Source: Antedon mediterranea
Lineage: Eukaryota; Animalia; Echinodermata
Direction of reading: 5' to 3'
DNA: 64,000 bases
Assembly (NCBI RefSeq): GCF_964355755.1
Contig: NC_092671.1
Location: forward strand, 24,254,070 to 24,318,069
The notes below the pieces were generated by a model. That model was not told where the DNA came from. It searched no databases and was given only the letters and a program-made list of their open reading frames with translations. Of this stretch, positions 24,090-36,959 are shown piece after piece; within the stretch, counting starts at the first letter, position 1; the number at the start of each line of letters is the position of its first letter. Both the position numbers and the translations under genes were made by a program.

Positions 24090-27000
24090 GGGCCCGTTCG
24101 GACGGGACTGAAACTACCGTGTACTTCCAACTGTGAGGTCGCGTGTGGCAATTAACTTACGCCTCTGGCTATAAAAAATTAGAAAACCATCTGGACGAAA
24201 AATCCACCAACTTTACTGGTTATTTCAATCCCATTCCAATTACACGCTGCCTCGGGGTATAATTAATCAAGCGTTAACGAGGTCATGTCAAATCGCGACC
24301 TCAAATAAGCTTTCTGATTGTTTAACAATTATTGTTTAAAATGTTCTTTTTCGTTAATGCGAATGTATATCTATTGTTTTGTAAAATTATATATAAATAA
24401 TCAACTCGTTGGTTTTTTCCGGTGACCTGAACTTGCGAATCGGTGGCTTGTGTTATAATGTACATGTAACGGCAGGGAGTTCTGTATTGTGGTAGCCTGT
24501 GTCTGTGAATTACCACATCAACCGTTCGGCTCGCACGATAAGGGGTACAGTGCGTGTTAAATGGAATTTTTACAACAATAGTTCGGCTCGCACGATGAAT
24601 ACACGTGGCGATTTTTACAAGAGGGGTACAGTGCGTGTACATTAAATGGAATTTTCACAACAATAGTTCGGCTCGCACGATAAATACACGTGGTGATTTT
24701 TACAAGAGGGGTACAGTGCGTGTACATTAAATGGAATTTCCACAACAATAGTTCGGCTCGCACGATAAATACACGTGGTGATTTTTACAAGAGGGGTACA
24801 GTGCGTGTACATTAAATGGAATTTCCAAAACAATAGTTCGGCTCGCACGATAAATACACGTGGTCAACAAACAACATACGTTAGCAGGATTTTCGATCAT
24901 TATTTATTTAAAAAGTAAATTGTATTCGATGTACAGTATTATAAATATATAGGTCTGGTTGTCGATTGAAAAATAATAATTGAACGATTCGCGCGTGAAA
25001 CGACATGCAATATCCAGTTGAATTTGTCAACATGCCATGTCAATTGATATGGGTCGACGCACAGAGGGCGCTTTTTGACCTAAGAATTCCGATCTTAATT
25101 GGTTTCGTGTCAGCTTACCGGTACTTTGTTTATTCGTACGAACGTCGTATGGGTTTTACCCCAAGGGTAAAAACCAAATAAACGTGTATTTCAATCGCCG
25201 TACGAACACGGTCAAGGTGTTACGTGATTTATTAATTGACTAAGACATTAATGACTGGCTTTAGGCAAAAATAAACAAGTAAGATGCCAGAGGCAAAAGC
25301 TCACGCTAAATAGGGCTCGTTCTCCTAATGAGCAGAAACAGGTCATCGAATTATATATACCACCATATATTATTACAGTATTTTTATACCGCATATTGAT
25401 GATATGCAGCAGAAACAGGGCCAATGATAATAAAAAATGTAATCTCAGAACTCCATTTCACACAAGGCATATACAGTATATTTGTATTTCTTGTTTTCAT
25501 ATTTGCAACAATTTTTTATTTTATTTTCAATACCGTATATTTGTACTGTTGGTGTTTCTAAACTAAAAGACTGGTACAAATGCGATTTACAGTTTACACT
25601 TAAAATATTACCTTCAATAATTAATAAGTATTTTATAATGTAAATAATATTTTTCATATAATTTTTATCAACTACTTTTTAATTGATTTGTTTTTCGTCT
25701 ATATGATTTTAATTCATTTTGTTTAATGAGTAAATGATGTTATTTGTAATAATAATGGGATTAGTAAGATATAACTTCTTATTATTAAGTTGAATATTAG
25801 ACTATCGCCTAAACGTTTTTTTGTTTAGTTTATCCAATAAAGCGTTCATTTTCAAAATGATTAAAATTTATTACAAAGTACACGTCATCGGTAGCTATAG
25901 AAACAAATATATTTGCCATAACATAATATGATACTGTACAGGACATGTTTTATTATAGTGACATTCAGTTGCTACTGTTAGTGTTAATAATAGTCAGTTT
26001 TGTGCTGCACTGGTATAATGATGCTTTTTTATTATGTACACGGTAAAGGTTATGTTCTTGCTCTTTGTGTCATTAAAATGCAATTACTGTACACCATAAT
26101 TACTGGCATTAGTTGCTATTGCTATTTATAAACTGAATTTCACAAGTTTATTGTGCCTAACATATATTACTTTTTTTGATATTGTGTCCTTTGTATGTCT
26201 TGAAAATATACTACAATGAATTACCTAGTAAATCTGTAATATACACTACATCCATTTAACTCCATTGTCTAGTAATGTAAAATGGGGGCAGGTTACCATG
26301 CATCCCAGGCAATATGTTGAAAGAGAATAAAATGTTATAGATATTGATGAAAAAATAGCAAGAAAATATTTGTTATAGTATTTCAGTTACAAATAATGTA
26401 GATTGAATCACACAATATTCCTGCTGTTCGTACTTTAGTAATTGTCGGCGCAACGGTAAAATAAAACAACTACTAAATGTATAAAGTAAGTATGCCATTT
26501 ATTCCAAACGAATCAAGTGAGGATTCTCAATAAACAGATAAAATATAAAATATACAATGACCGTGTTCGTACGGCGATTGAAATACACGTTTATTTGGTT
26601 TTTACCCTTGGGGTAAAACCCATACGACGTTCGTACGAATAAACAAAGTACCGGTAAGCTGACACGAAACCAATTAAGATCGGAATTCTTAGGTCAAAAA
26701 GCGCCTTCTGTGCGTCGACCCATATCAATTGACATGGCGTGTTGACAAATTCAACTGGATATTGCATGTCGTTTCGCGCGCGAATCGTTCAATTATTATT
26801 TTTCAATCGACAACCAGACCTATATATTTATAATACATCGAATACAATTTACTTTTTAAATAAATAATGACCACGTGTATTTATCGTGCGAGCCGAACTA
26901 TTGTTGTGGAAATTCCATTTAATGTACACGCACTGTACCCCTCTTGTAAAAATCACCACGTGTATTTATCGTGCGAGCCGAACTATTGTTGTGAAAATTC

Positions 27001-27558
27001 CATTTAATGTACACGCACTGTACCCCTCTTGTAAAAATCACCACGTGTATTCATCGTGCGAGCCGAACTATTGTTGTAAAAATTCCATTTAACACGCACT
27101 GTACCCCTCTTATCGTGCGAGCCGAACGGTTGATGTGGTAATTCACAGACACCAGGCTACCACAATACAGAACTCCCTGCCGTTACATGTACATTATAAG
27201 CCACCGATTCGCAAGTTCAGGTCACCGGAAAAAAACCAACAAGTTGATTATTTATATATAATTTTACAAAACAATAGATATACATTCGCATTAACGAAAA
27301 AGAACATTTTAAACAATAATTGTTAAACAATCAGAAAGCTTATTTGAGGTCGCGATTTGACATGATCCCGTTAACGCTTGATTAATTATACCCCGAGGCA
27401 GCATGTAATTGGAATGGGATTGAAATAACCAGTAAAGTTGGTGGATTTTTCGTCCAGATGGTTTTCAAATTTTTTATAGCCAGAGGCGTAAGTTAATTGC
27501 CACACGCGACCTCACAGTTGGAAGTACACGGTAGTTTCAGTCCCGTCCGAACGGGCCC
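24090..27558. mobile_element. Fold-back element with about 1.0-1.1 kb inverted arms, PIF/Harbinger-like ends
   Basis: GGGCCCGTTCGGACGGGACTG... termini; arms 24090-25214 and 26558-27558; 85-bp tandem repeats in each arm; flanks AAG/AAT (imperfect 3-bp TSD). Confidence 0.85.
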
Positions 27559-28442
27559 AATGTTTGATAAGACAGAGCAATAAAACGGTGTAGCTACATG
27601 ACTAGTTGAGAAAAGAGTGTGTTAATAATGTGGTCAGGGCATGGTAATATTGGGCTTGGCCCATCTCATCTGACCAATTAGGATTAAGAGAATTAATGTG
27701 GTTTTCTGTTAGTCATTAACATTCTTAAAATCCATTAGCTAGAAAAGTGAAGGTAACCTGTCAATGTGAGGTTAAATAAAGAGATATATAGAGGATGTAT
27801 AAATAATCAAATTAAAAGTAAATGTTGAATTGTTTAAAAGCTATGTGGTAGGTCTGCTACAGTACATATAGTCTGCCGTCCCAACATCCACAGCTACATA
27901 ACAAATATTTTTTAATCTAACATACTTTCATTGAAGGTTGTGGAATTAATATCATTTGTTTTTATTTGTCAAAATCTTCATAGCGTATTGGTTTATATTA
28001 TTTAGAGAGTTTAAACAGCAAAATCTGAAATGTCAAATTTGTGTAGCAACTGGAAAAAAAAGTAATAAATATGGCCTGCTGGTATTATGCTACAGTATAT
28101 ATTGACATCAAACTATAAATGTCATCTTGTGAATGTGTTGTATATTACTGAATATATTTAATGGTTTTATTTTACCAAGACTCAATATTCTTCTCTTCAA
28201 ATTTCTTGTTCAAACTAAATTGACATTGATTTTATTGTAGACAAGACTATACACAGCTTGAATTTTGTGTAGTGTTAATATTATTTAAGGTTTGTGAAGA
28301 ATGATGAAGAAAAAAATTGTACCGTATCAACCCCTGCTTTATATATAGAATGTTTTTCATTCATTTCGGATGTGGATAATCTTTACCATTACGGTACTAC
28401 TACTAGACAAGCCAGGTATTTTAACAGTTGTGTCACAATTTA

Positions 28443-30230
28443 AACTAGACATGAACTCGTCACTTTGACGAGTTAGTTATCCGCACGACAAACGCCATTG
28501 TACGTCATATGTTGGAATATTGCAGACAGAAAAAGATTATGGCATTATGACCTGAACTGAAGAATATGATATGTTGTTATTGCTGAATTCTGTCTATTTT
28601 GTGTCATATACTGTAGTATACAGTATACACAGTATAAATATTAAATACAGTGTAGAATAGGTGAAATTACGGGACCCGCCATTAATTCCCATTTTTAACA
28701 TGGTGACAGTATCAAGATAAAACACTGAGATAGCAATTTCGGAAGGAAACAACATATTAACGTGTAGAAAAAATTAGAATACGTAAAATAAAGATGCACA
28801 CTCTTTTAAATGTCATGAACTATGATGCAAAATATGAAAATACTACTTTTTTTATTCAACTGGCCATATGATGACGTCACAACATCTGATTGGCAAAATG
28901 TTTACATGAATTTGTATCTACAATCCAATAGCTTCCAGAAAACCTTTTAATCATGATTATCACTTTTTATTCTGACGAGCTATAACAGATTGAAATTTAT
29001 TGTAAAGATGAAAACAAGTGACCCACGTTATTTACATTTTTAGACATGATGACGTCATAAAATTAAAAATATTAACTCATGCGAAAGATAGTTGATTGAC
29101 CTAGACAGATGGAATACGGATAAGCGAGATGCGCTCTATTAAATGTGATGAGTAATAATGAAAGAGACAAAAATCCCATATTTTACATTCGTGTGGCCAT
29201 ATGATGACGTCACAACATCCGAGAGGTAAAGATTCTGCATGAATTCATATCTACAACATATGTGCTTACATATTAAATTAAAAAAAAATTGGGGTCACCG
29301 TTGATCCTGAGGAGCTATAAATAGATTCAAAATAGGCATAATTTTGACAATATTTTGTAACTTTTGCAACTAAAATGCACGCAAATTGTCTAAATCAATG
29401 TGTTCGTATGACGTCATTTTAATTTGAAATGATGTCAATTTTTTAAAATGACTAGGAAAAGCTTGACAAACACAATTCAAGAGAAAAACACATCATTTTC
29501 ATGGTTCGTGCGCACCTTACACGTAAAATTGTTTGCGCGTACAGGAATTTTTGACATGCCCAAAATGTCATAAATTGCGTAAAAAGTTGATTAGAAATTA
29601 ATTGTGCGCCCGTAACTTTTTGAAAAACATGCCATTTTTAGTTCACAAAAAATTGACCCTTGATAAGAATTAACCTTTCACCAAGTGTCAATTAAAAATA
29701 ACTTTTAGTTTTTATCATATGTTCAATTATTGAAATTCATAAAATCATGTTGCGCAAATAGGAGGTGCACAACTTCACGTAAATGTCTATATGTTGACAA
29801 AGTTACGGGATGTTCTGTTTACACAGCTCACAAAAAAAGGAAGAAAGACAGGAATAATACAGAAAAAAAGATGATCCCATACAATAACAAGGAGTTATCC
29901 GCCAAGTGCGGATAACTAACTAGAAAGCCACTCCGAGAGTGCATACCTCCGCCTACTGTAAAATTCTTCTACATCAGATTTAGTCACCGGAAAGTGTGTG
30001 TCTTAATGCTGTGTATGATTTAGGCTAATTTCACTACAAGCATGTGTATGCGAGTTTGGTGTTTAAGGTTCAGTATGTAACCAGCCTTTCAAATAACAAT
30101 AGCTTCAGCCGACTAACAATAGAACAGAAACGCGAGTGAATTTTAAAAGAAATCGGGTGTACTACTTGCATAAAAAAACTTGTACATTAAATCTAAAATT
30201 TCAGGTTCAGGTTCAGAACAACGTTTACAA
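28443..30230 (-). mobile_element. Two adjacent Helentron-like non-autonomous elements (28443-29918 and 29919-about 30230)
   Basis: AACTAG + hairpin (AACTCGTC..GACGAGTT; CACTC.GAGAGTG) ends; subterminal GTTATCCGCAC / TACCTCCGCC; second element matches about 58780-59035 inverted. Confidence 0.6.
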
Positions 30231-30239
30231 GAAATCTAA

Positions 30240-31052
30240 CACACTTATTTTGAACACGTTGTGGCATGAATATCAGAAATTGAATTAAAAATAAGAGGAT
30301 AATTCTAACTTGGGTAGCCAAGTGCCTCCAAATGAAGCCAACCATTCTATTACTCTTACTAACAATGTGGTCAATATGCTTGGAAAATAAAAGTTTGGAA
30401 TCGAAGTATATATTCTTCTGATTATTAATTTGATAATTATACGAAATGAGTTTTGATGTAACTTATATTGACTTACATTTGGAGGCATTGAGTTAAGTTT
30501 CTTACCCCAAGAATAAGACCACTGCACTAGACCATCCAAATCCTCCTGAAGTAATACTGCATCGTCGTTTAGAATACTATATAATTTAACATCATCTGCA
30601 AATAAAAGAAACTTGGAAAATTTAGGAATTGTGGTAAAATCGTTAAAATGTTACATAATAAAGGGCCTAACACTCGGCCCTGCGGAACACCTGAAAGAAT
30701 AGGTAACCAATTTGACAATTGACCGTCAACAAGAACTCTCTGCTGCCTTCAACTCACGTAAGATGAGTGTAGCTGCCAATGATACCAAATCTGTTCAACT
30801 TGTGTAGAGATGGAACTCATGTGACACCCCGTCAAAAGCACATGAGAAATCTGTATAAACAACATCACATTGCTGTTTGTCGTCTATAGAAGAATACGCT
30901 GTGCTTAGTAAAGTAGCCAGATTAGTTTGGCATGATCTCCCTGGAGTTTTAGCAGTGTTTAGACTCACTCAAAAAGGGAGAAACATGCTGAGATATATAA
31001 TTATAAATCATTCTCTCAAATACTTTGGAAATAGTACGAAGGAGTGATACTG
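30240..31052 (-). mobile_element. Decayed CR1/Jockey-group LINE reverse transcriptase fragment
   Basis: Minus-strand PVSLLRTISKVFER, SGVPQGRVLGP, LFADDVKL. Confidence 0.85.
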
Positions 31053-32020
31053 GGGCCGGATTTATCAAACTTGCTTAGCAAAAAAAATCTTGTCGTAACT
31101 TTGCCTTAAATCCTTGTTTTGGCTAAGTCAGATTTATTAATATCTAAGCAAAAATATTTGCTTAATTTTTCTTAAATCTAAGACGAACAACCTTAAGATG
31201 AAAAATTTTATCTTATCTTATTTCTGCAACAGAAACATTCATTTTTTACAACGCGAGCGCTAGGCCGGAACTTTGAACATTCGGAAAGGTGCGTTTTCCG
31301 CTGTACTACGGACGCTAAAATATTGATATCGATCTTCATAAATGGCCTAAAATTGGACGAGCAAAACAAATTTTTTCGGGATAGGTACGACCCATTTGAC
31401 TAACTTTTAGAAAACTTTATCGGCTGCCAAGGGTCGCCGTCATTGATAAAAATAAACAAATGTTAATTTGATTTAAGTTTAGAGCGAATGATTTTCGTAT
31501 GTATTTCCGACTGTTGTGCTCTTTCTCTATTCCAAGTAATTTTATTTTATTTTATTTTATTTCATACTCATCCAACAGCGAGTAACCCGCCAATTACAGG
31601 ATGGATAAACTATTTAATAATTTCACAAGACAAACATATACACAAGATGCTCTACATAAACAAAGACTTATTATTAAGTCTTTGGGAATTTTTTTCAGAT
31701 TCTCTTGAGAGGATTCCATTTTCCATTCCATTTAATATCCATGACAAGATTTATCCATTTTCTGAGAAGTATAAAATAAATAAAAACAATAGTAGCCAGA
31801 ATGCGCCCTCTCTAGTTGGGAGTGAAAATACGGAGATAAAATGTTATAGGGCCGCCATCGCTAAGAGAAAAAAGCTAATGCGCATGCGTAAGCAAGGATT
31901 TTTCGTCTTAAGACGTAATTTGCTGCCCTCTAGAGTTTTATTTTGCGCATGTGCAAAGCAAAATTTACCTAAGACAATTTTTCGGCTAAGACGTTTGATA
32001 AATAAGATTATGTTATTTGC
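31053..32020. mobile_element. PIF/Harbinger-like non-autonomous element with internal insertions
   Basis: Starts GGGCCGGATTTATCAAACTTGCTTAG; the matching inverted end type is seen at 47130-47195. Confidence 0.6.
31687..31770 (+). pseudogene. Partial duplicate of PLD coding exon 2 including its 3' splice site
   Basis: AATTTTTTTCAG|ATTCTCTTGAGAGGATTCCATTT...AATATCCATGACAAGATTTATCCATTTTCTGAGAAGT matches about 36278-36352 except for a net +9 nt change. Confidence 0.9.
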
Positions 32021-32787
32021 TTAAAATGGATATGAAAGGATTTTAAAATTTCACAAAAAGGACTTTGTATGAATCCTTTTAATGTTAATAAACAGCACAC
32101 AAAAAATTAGATTCAAATACCTAGTAGAAATTGAGAAATAAACAAATTAAATTTTGGTATAAAACGTCCGCAAAATGGCCGACCAACTAGCACGCCATCT
32201 TAATTTTTATGAACGTTCTATACGCACGTACGAGATCGTCAAATTTAGAGTTTGAAACACCCGGGGTTGTAGCCACGGCAGCAGTCGTTTTGTGATTGGT
32301 TAATGAATTTTAATACAGTCCAATCACCGCCTTGTCTCGTTCGCGGACTGTGTGGTGTAAACAAAATAAACAAACCCATCCTTCACGAGACTCGCGTGTT
32401 GCAAGCTCCCTGTTGCTGCAGTCGTAGAAAATATCGATATTTCACAAATCAATAAAAAGTTATGTCTGCAAAGATTGTATGTGAAAAGAAGAAAGTGTGT
32501 ATTTGTACTTCTCACACTAAACCACTCACGCAGACTACAAATTAGGCTAGGTCTAGTAGACTATAGTTTATTCTAAATTCGCTAGTAGTAGTAGGCTAGG
32601 CCTACACATGGAGTTACTCCATGGCCTACATACAGTACAAGAGAGTAGCAGTCGCCGGTCCACCGACGAACCTCCAGGAAGTGGACAAGGCGCGGGCGTA
32701 GACGTATGTAAAAGGCGACGTAAATAAAAAAGGTAAGCTTGTGTTGAACTTGTTTTTGGCTCTGACTTTTGTTATTGACTAATATAG

Positions 32788-33571
32788 TGTCGTGGTACGT
32801 GAGACCATGCCCGGATTGATTTGGAAGTTTTCTCCCCGGGTATCAAGCGTGCGAGGCTTGGCTCAAATGAATGCAATATCAAGACCAACAGAAAGACAAC
32901 AAGTTGTTGATTGCCGTTACCAGACCATTTATTGTGTACAACTCAACGTCACTCAGAAAATAAAGAGAACGAAGAAAGGAAAAAACCCTGAAAATATACA
33001 AACATAATTTCAATAACAGTCAGTTTATAACTTCAGTTCACTTTACCACTGTATTACCATTATACTTAAACACACTGTGTACAAACTGGTTATCATTAAG
33101 AACAATACAATCCATTAAACGTCATTACAAATGATTAATACCTGAATCAACTTGAATGATGTATTTACTAACTAAGAACGAAAGATCGTACAGCAATCAA
33201 CCATTTCTCTATAAATTGAAGTAAAGATTTGAGAACATTATATGCTTTATTTAAGTTGTATGCATGCAATTTAGTATAATAAATTAACAGGCGAATGATC
33301 CGTCTATCATGTAATATAATTCTTTTTACTACTTACAATGGTAACTTCAACAACGGCTTAATAATATATATATATAACACGGTAACAAAAATCACATCTT
33401 CCTGTGTTTGCAACAAAAGCTTTTCTGACGCGCAGACAGAAAAACCAGGTAGTTAACCAAAACATCACCTATATGCAAATGCGCCAAACACAATGCTCGC
33501 AAAGCAACTAGCAGCAAGACACTTATATGCAAATACGCAGAACGCACACGAACAACAACTGATCCATGACA
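32788..33571. mobile_element. Solo LTR (Gypsy-like) nested in the Kolobok-like element
   Basis: TGTCGTGG...CCATGACA termini, 4-bp TSD ATAG. Confidence 0.7.
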
Positions 33572-34139
33572 ATAGTAATATAATAATACTAATAATTAAA
33601 GTAGAGCAGAGGAGGTGAGGCCGAGAGGATTATTATAGTTTAGTTAGTAACTGTAGTGTAATTAAATAATAACCTCTTTCTGTTTGTTACCAAGTCATAA
33701 AATATAATACTATAGGGCCTGTAGAGGTAGGATTGAATAAAAATAATAGTACATTTCCATTCATTTATTGGTCTTATCTTTGCAGATTTATGGAATCAAC
33801 AGTACATGAGATGGCTTTGAAGAACTGTAATAGTACTAGTAATAAAATTGTAAACATCAAATTATATGGCAGAAATAGTGTGTGGAATGAATTTTATTGA
33901 ACAAATGTAATATCATAATGAGTTTGGAACAAGCAGGATTTTTCAAACGGGACATAAATTACTTTTGAGACCTGAGTGATACATTTTAATTCTATCAACA
34001 CCAGCCAGCTCCATCATATTCAAGAGATGGATTCTTTCATAAATGTCCATTGTACATAGTATTTGGCTAAATAAATAAAAAAAGAAGTACAGTAGTGGTT
34101 TATTTGTTTACACTTACACTTAATGTTTGATGGAAATAG

Positions 34140-34350
34140 TTTAGGCTAGTGCCTATTAGATTCCATTTCTAGCCGAAAATAGTTGTCAAGTCTAGACTTA
34201 AAGATGTTCACTGAAGAGGCTTGTATTACATATTCAGGCAGAGAATTCCAGTGATGTATGACTCTGATGGTAAAAAAGTTGACCCTGCACATAAGATTTC
34301 CTCTAAGTTTTGGACGATATAGTTTTAAGCTGTGTCCCCTGGTTCTGATG
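34140..34350 (-). mobile_element. CR1-like LINE 3' coding fragment
   Basis: RTRGHSLKL...FFTIRVIHHWNSLP...FKSRLD. Confidence 0.85.
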
Positions 34351-36289
34351 TTGTGAATATACCCAGACCCATTTAGATGGTTAAAAACAAACACTATATG
34401 ATGCACTGCTACTAGTGTACTGTCTGGTAGTACATTACCATAGTTACAGTATGACTGTAACCCTAGCACTCGCGTCTAAAGAATTCTATTATGCATATTT
34501 TACTATTCTTCATAAATATTTAGTTCTGTAATTTTAATTGTCTGCGCTCATTCTATACTTGGTGTCTTAGTATACTGCATAAATGTATCGTGCAAGCATG
34601 ATCCAAGTAGCATCTATTATAAAGTACGCTGGGTATCTTTCTATTCACCTGAAAAAAGGAAAATGAATAAGCACATGTTTATCTGCCCTCAAAACAAAAT
34701 AATAATTTAGTATAATGTATTATGTAGGTTTGATCAACAGTTTAAAATAGCAATGCTCAGTATCTGTTACCTTAATATTATAATTTGACTCTAACATTTG
34801 CGCTTTCATTCCAATCAATAAATACATTTGCTTATCCCGTCCATCAATTATCATAGTTGCACTCCAATTATAGACCTGTAGGTAGGTAAAAATACAAATG
34901 AATTGTTTATTTACTGTATACTGTACTGTATATGATACAAGCTGAAATACCCCTAACTAGGCCTGGCCTGTTATAACCTTTATTACTACATTAGAGAAAA
35001 TCCAACTCTATTCATTTTATCTAATAATCAGTATTCAGTTTAGTATTCAGTGTTGCCTAGCCTACTAGCTAGTAGGGCGGCATGTAATAACAAAAAACTA
35101 TTTTAATAATGCGTTAGTCAGGACACTACAGCACACAACAATATTAATAAATGTACTTATAAATAATGTGTATATACATAATACAGTAACACAATTGTGC
35201 CTACCATTAACACCCTCAACGATACATCAAGGAGCATACGCTCTCAGCTCACCTCTGGCCGGGCGACTAAACACCGTATCCAGCAGTCATCACTACTAAA
35301 AAGGCCTAGGCCTAGCCTAGGCCTAACTAGCTCCAGGCCATGGCATTGTCGAACCCCATTTACTCGTCCAACCGTTTCTTCAAAACGATGTTAACACCCG
35401 TGTTAACAAGACGATGTGGACGAATTTCCATCAATTTCAGTTAATTACAACGAAATAATAATAAAATGAATGTTTCAATAATACGTGTATAATAAATAGC
35501 GAAATAAACATCGCTCGCGAGGAGGGTCGAGAGAGAGGCCAAGGTGGTCGACTCTGTGATTCTCACGCATGCGCAAAATAACTCCGTGTACCCAGCAAGA
35601 TAGGCATTTGGCTATGAATTTCGTAAAAGATGGCCTTGAAAAACGAAATTAAAATCCGTTTAAAAAAAAACATGGTTGATAATATGAATTAATTTTATTC
35701 GATTAGGCTAACATACTTATCCAAGAATAAAAATATCAAAGCAATAAGTAATTACTACCATGCTTTTGCATCAATCAATGATTTACTGCTAAATTCCTAT
35801 CTCTGTAATACAAAAATAACTTTTAGTGACGTCACAAATAGTTTTTCACAGGTTTCTCAGGGGCGTTTTGAGGGCGTTGTCGTCCTCCAAAACATTAAGT
35901 ATGACTATGGCAAAGCTTAAAACTGATTGATCTACACGTTGAGCCAATAAAATGATATTGCTAGGAACCCTTTCATATCCATTTTAAGCGCTTCTTAAAT
36001 ATTTCAGCTTAAGAAAAAATAAAGAGGCAGATATTTTGGCCATTTTCCATACATCTGGAAAAGAAAACGATCAAAAATCATCTTACATGGAAGTAAATGG
36101 CCGCATCACATCAACTAACCAGATATGTCAGTTAAAAAGCATGTACCCTACTCAGTTTTTAACAGGTATATGACAGCCGTGGAGTGCCTGCCCTGTTGAA
36201 ATTATTTTGCTGTGGCTTAATAGTTGCTTTCTAGCCTATAGCTTAAAAATTCTTTATAAGCCATAAATTATAAAATTAATTTTTTTCAG

Positions 36290-36446
36290 ATTCTCTTGAG
36301 AGGATTCCATTTACTAATATCCATGACAAGATTTATCCATTTTCTGAGAAGTCCCGAAGTGTTTATATTCCTAACACAAAGCTGACTATCAAGGTTGTGG
36401 ACACAATGAGAATTACATCATCACAGTTTACTCTCAACCCTAATTT
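36290..36446 (+). CDS. PLD1: PLD coding exon 2 (pre-PX / start of PX)
   Basis: ttttcag|...|gtaagt; DSLERIPFTNIHDK...VYIPNTKLTIKVVDTMR...LNPNL. Confidence 0.9.
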
Positions 36447-36702
36447 GTAAGTATTCAATATGTTTTTTAAACAATTGTAGAAAATTTAGCAATCTGGTAC
36501 ATTAACAAATTGGTCTGAGGTCCTCCTATTATTATTTAATCTATTATACATAGTGTAAAAAGAGATACCTATATAGTCTATTTATTTATCTATTATAAAA
36601 TTAATATATTTTATTGAATAGTTTTTAAATATGTTTTAATGACAATACATATGAGTTTCCTGTACAATCCCACAAAATGAATTTTCTTCTGTACATGCAG
36701 AA

Positions 36703-36938
36703 GTTGTTGATAGCCGAGTGGTTAGGACACTTGACTGTCATACAGATAGACCCGGGTTCAATTCCCGACAACTCCCAGTCCACTCAGCTGTAAATGAGTA
36801 CCTGGTTGAAAATACTAGGGAGAAAAAAGGCGGCGTGGAAAGGAACTGGCCACCCTACCACATAATGCCGAGGCTTAGTACAATGAGCTCCTAACAGCTC
36901 ATTCCCCTACGTTCAGAGAACACGGGACTCACCTTTAC
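36703..36938 (+). mobile_element. tRNA-derived SINE with Deu/Nin-like core
   Basis: A box TAGCCGAGTGG, B box GGTTCAATTCC, TCCACTCAGCTGTAAATGAGTACC core. Confidence 0.8.
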
Positions 36939-36959
36939 ATGCACCTATCACTCTATAAC

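Larger units (their letters stand above)
32025..35983. mobile_element. Kolobok-like DNA transposon, no intact ORF
   Basis: Perfect 15-bp TIR AATGGATATGAAAGG / CCTTTCATATCCATT; TTAA TSD (32021-32024, 35984-35987); RR..YY termini. Confidence 0.85.

Noticed and set aside
24520-24865. 85-bp repeats as a CRISPR array or coding repeats
   Set aside because: Head-to-tail near-identical units with no spacers, inside transposon arms
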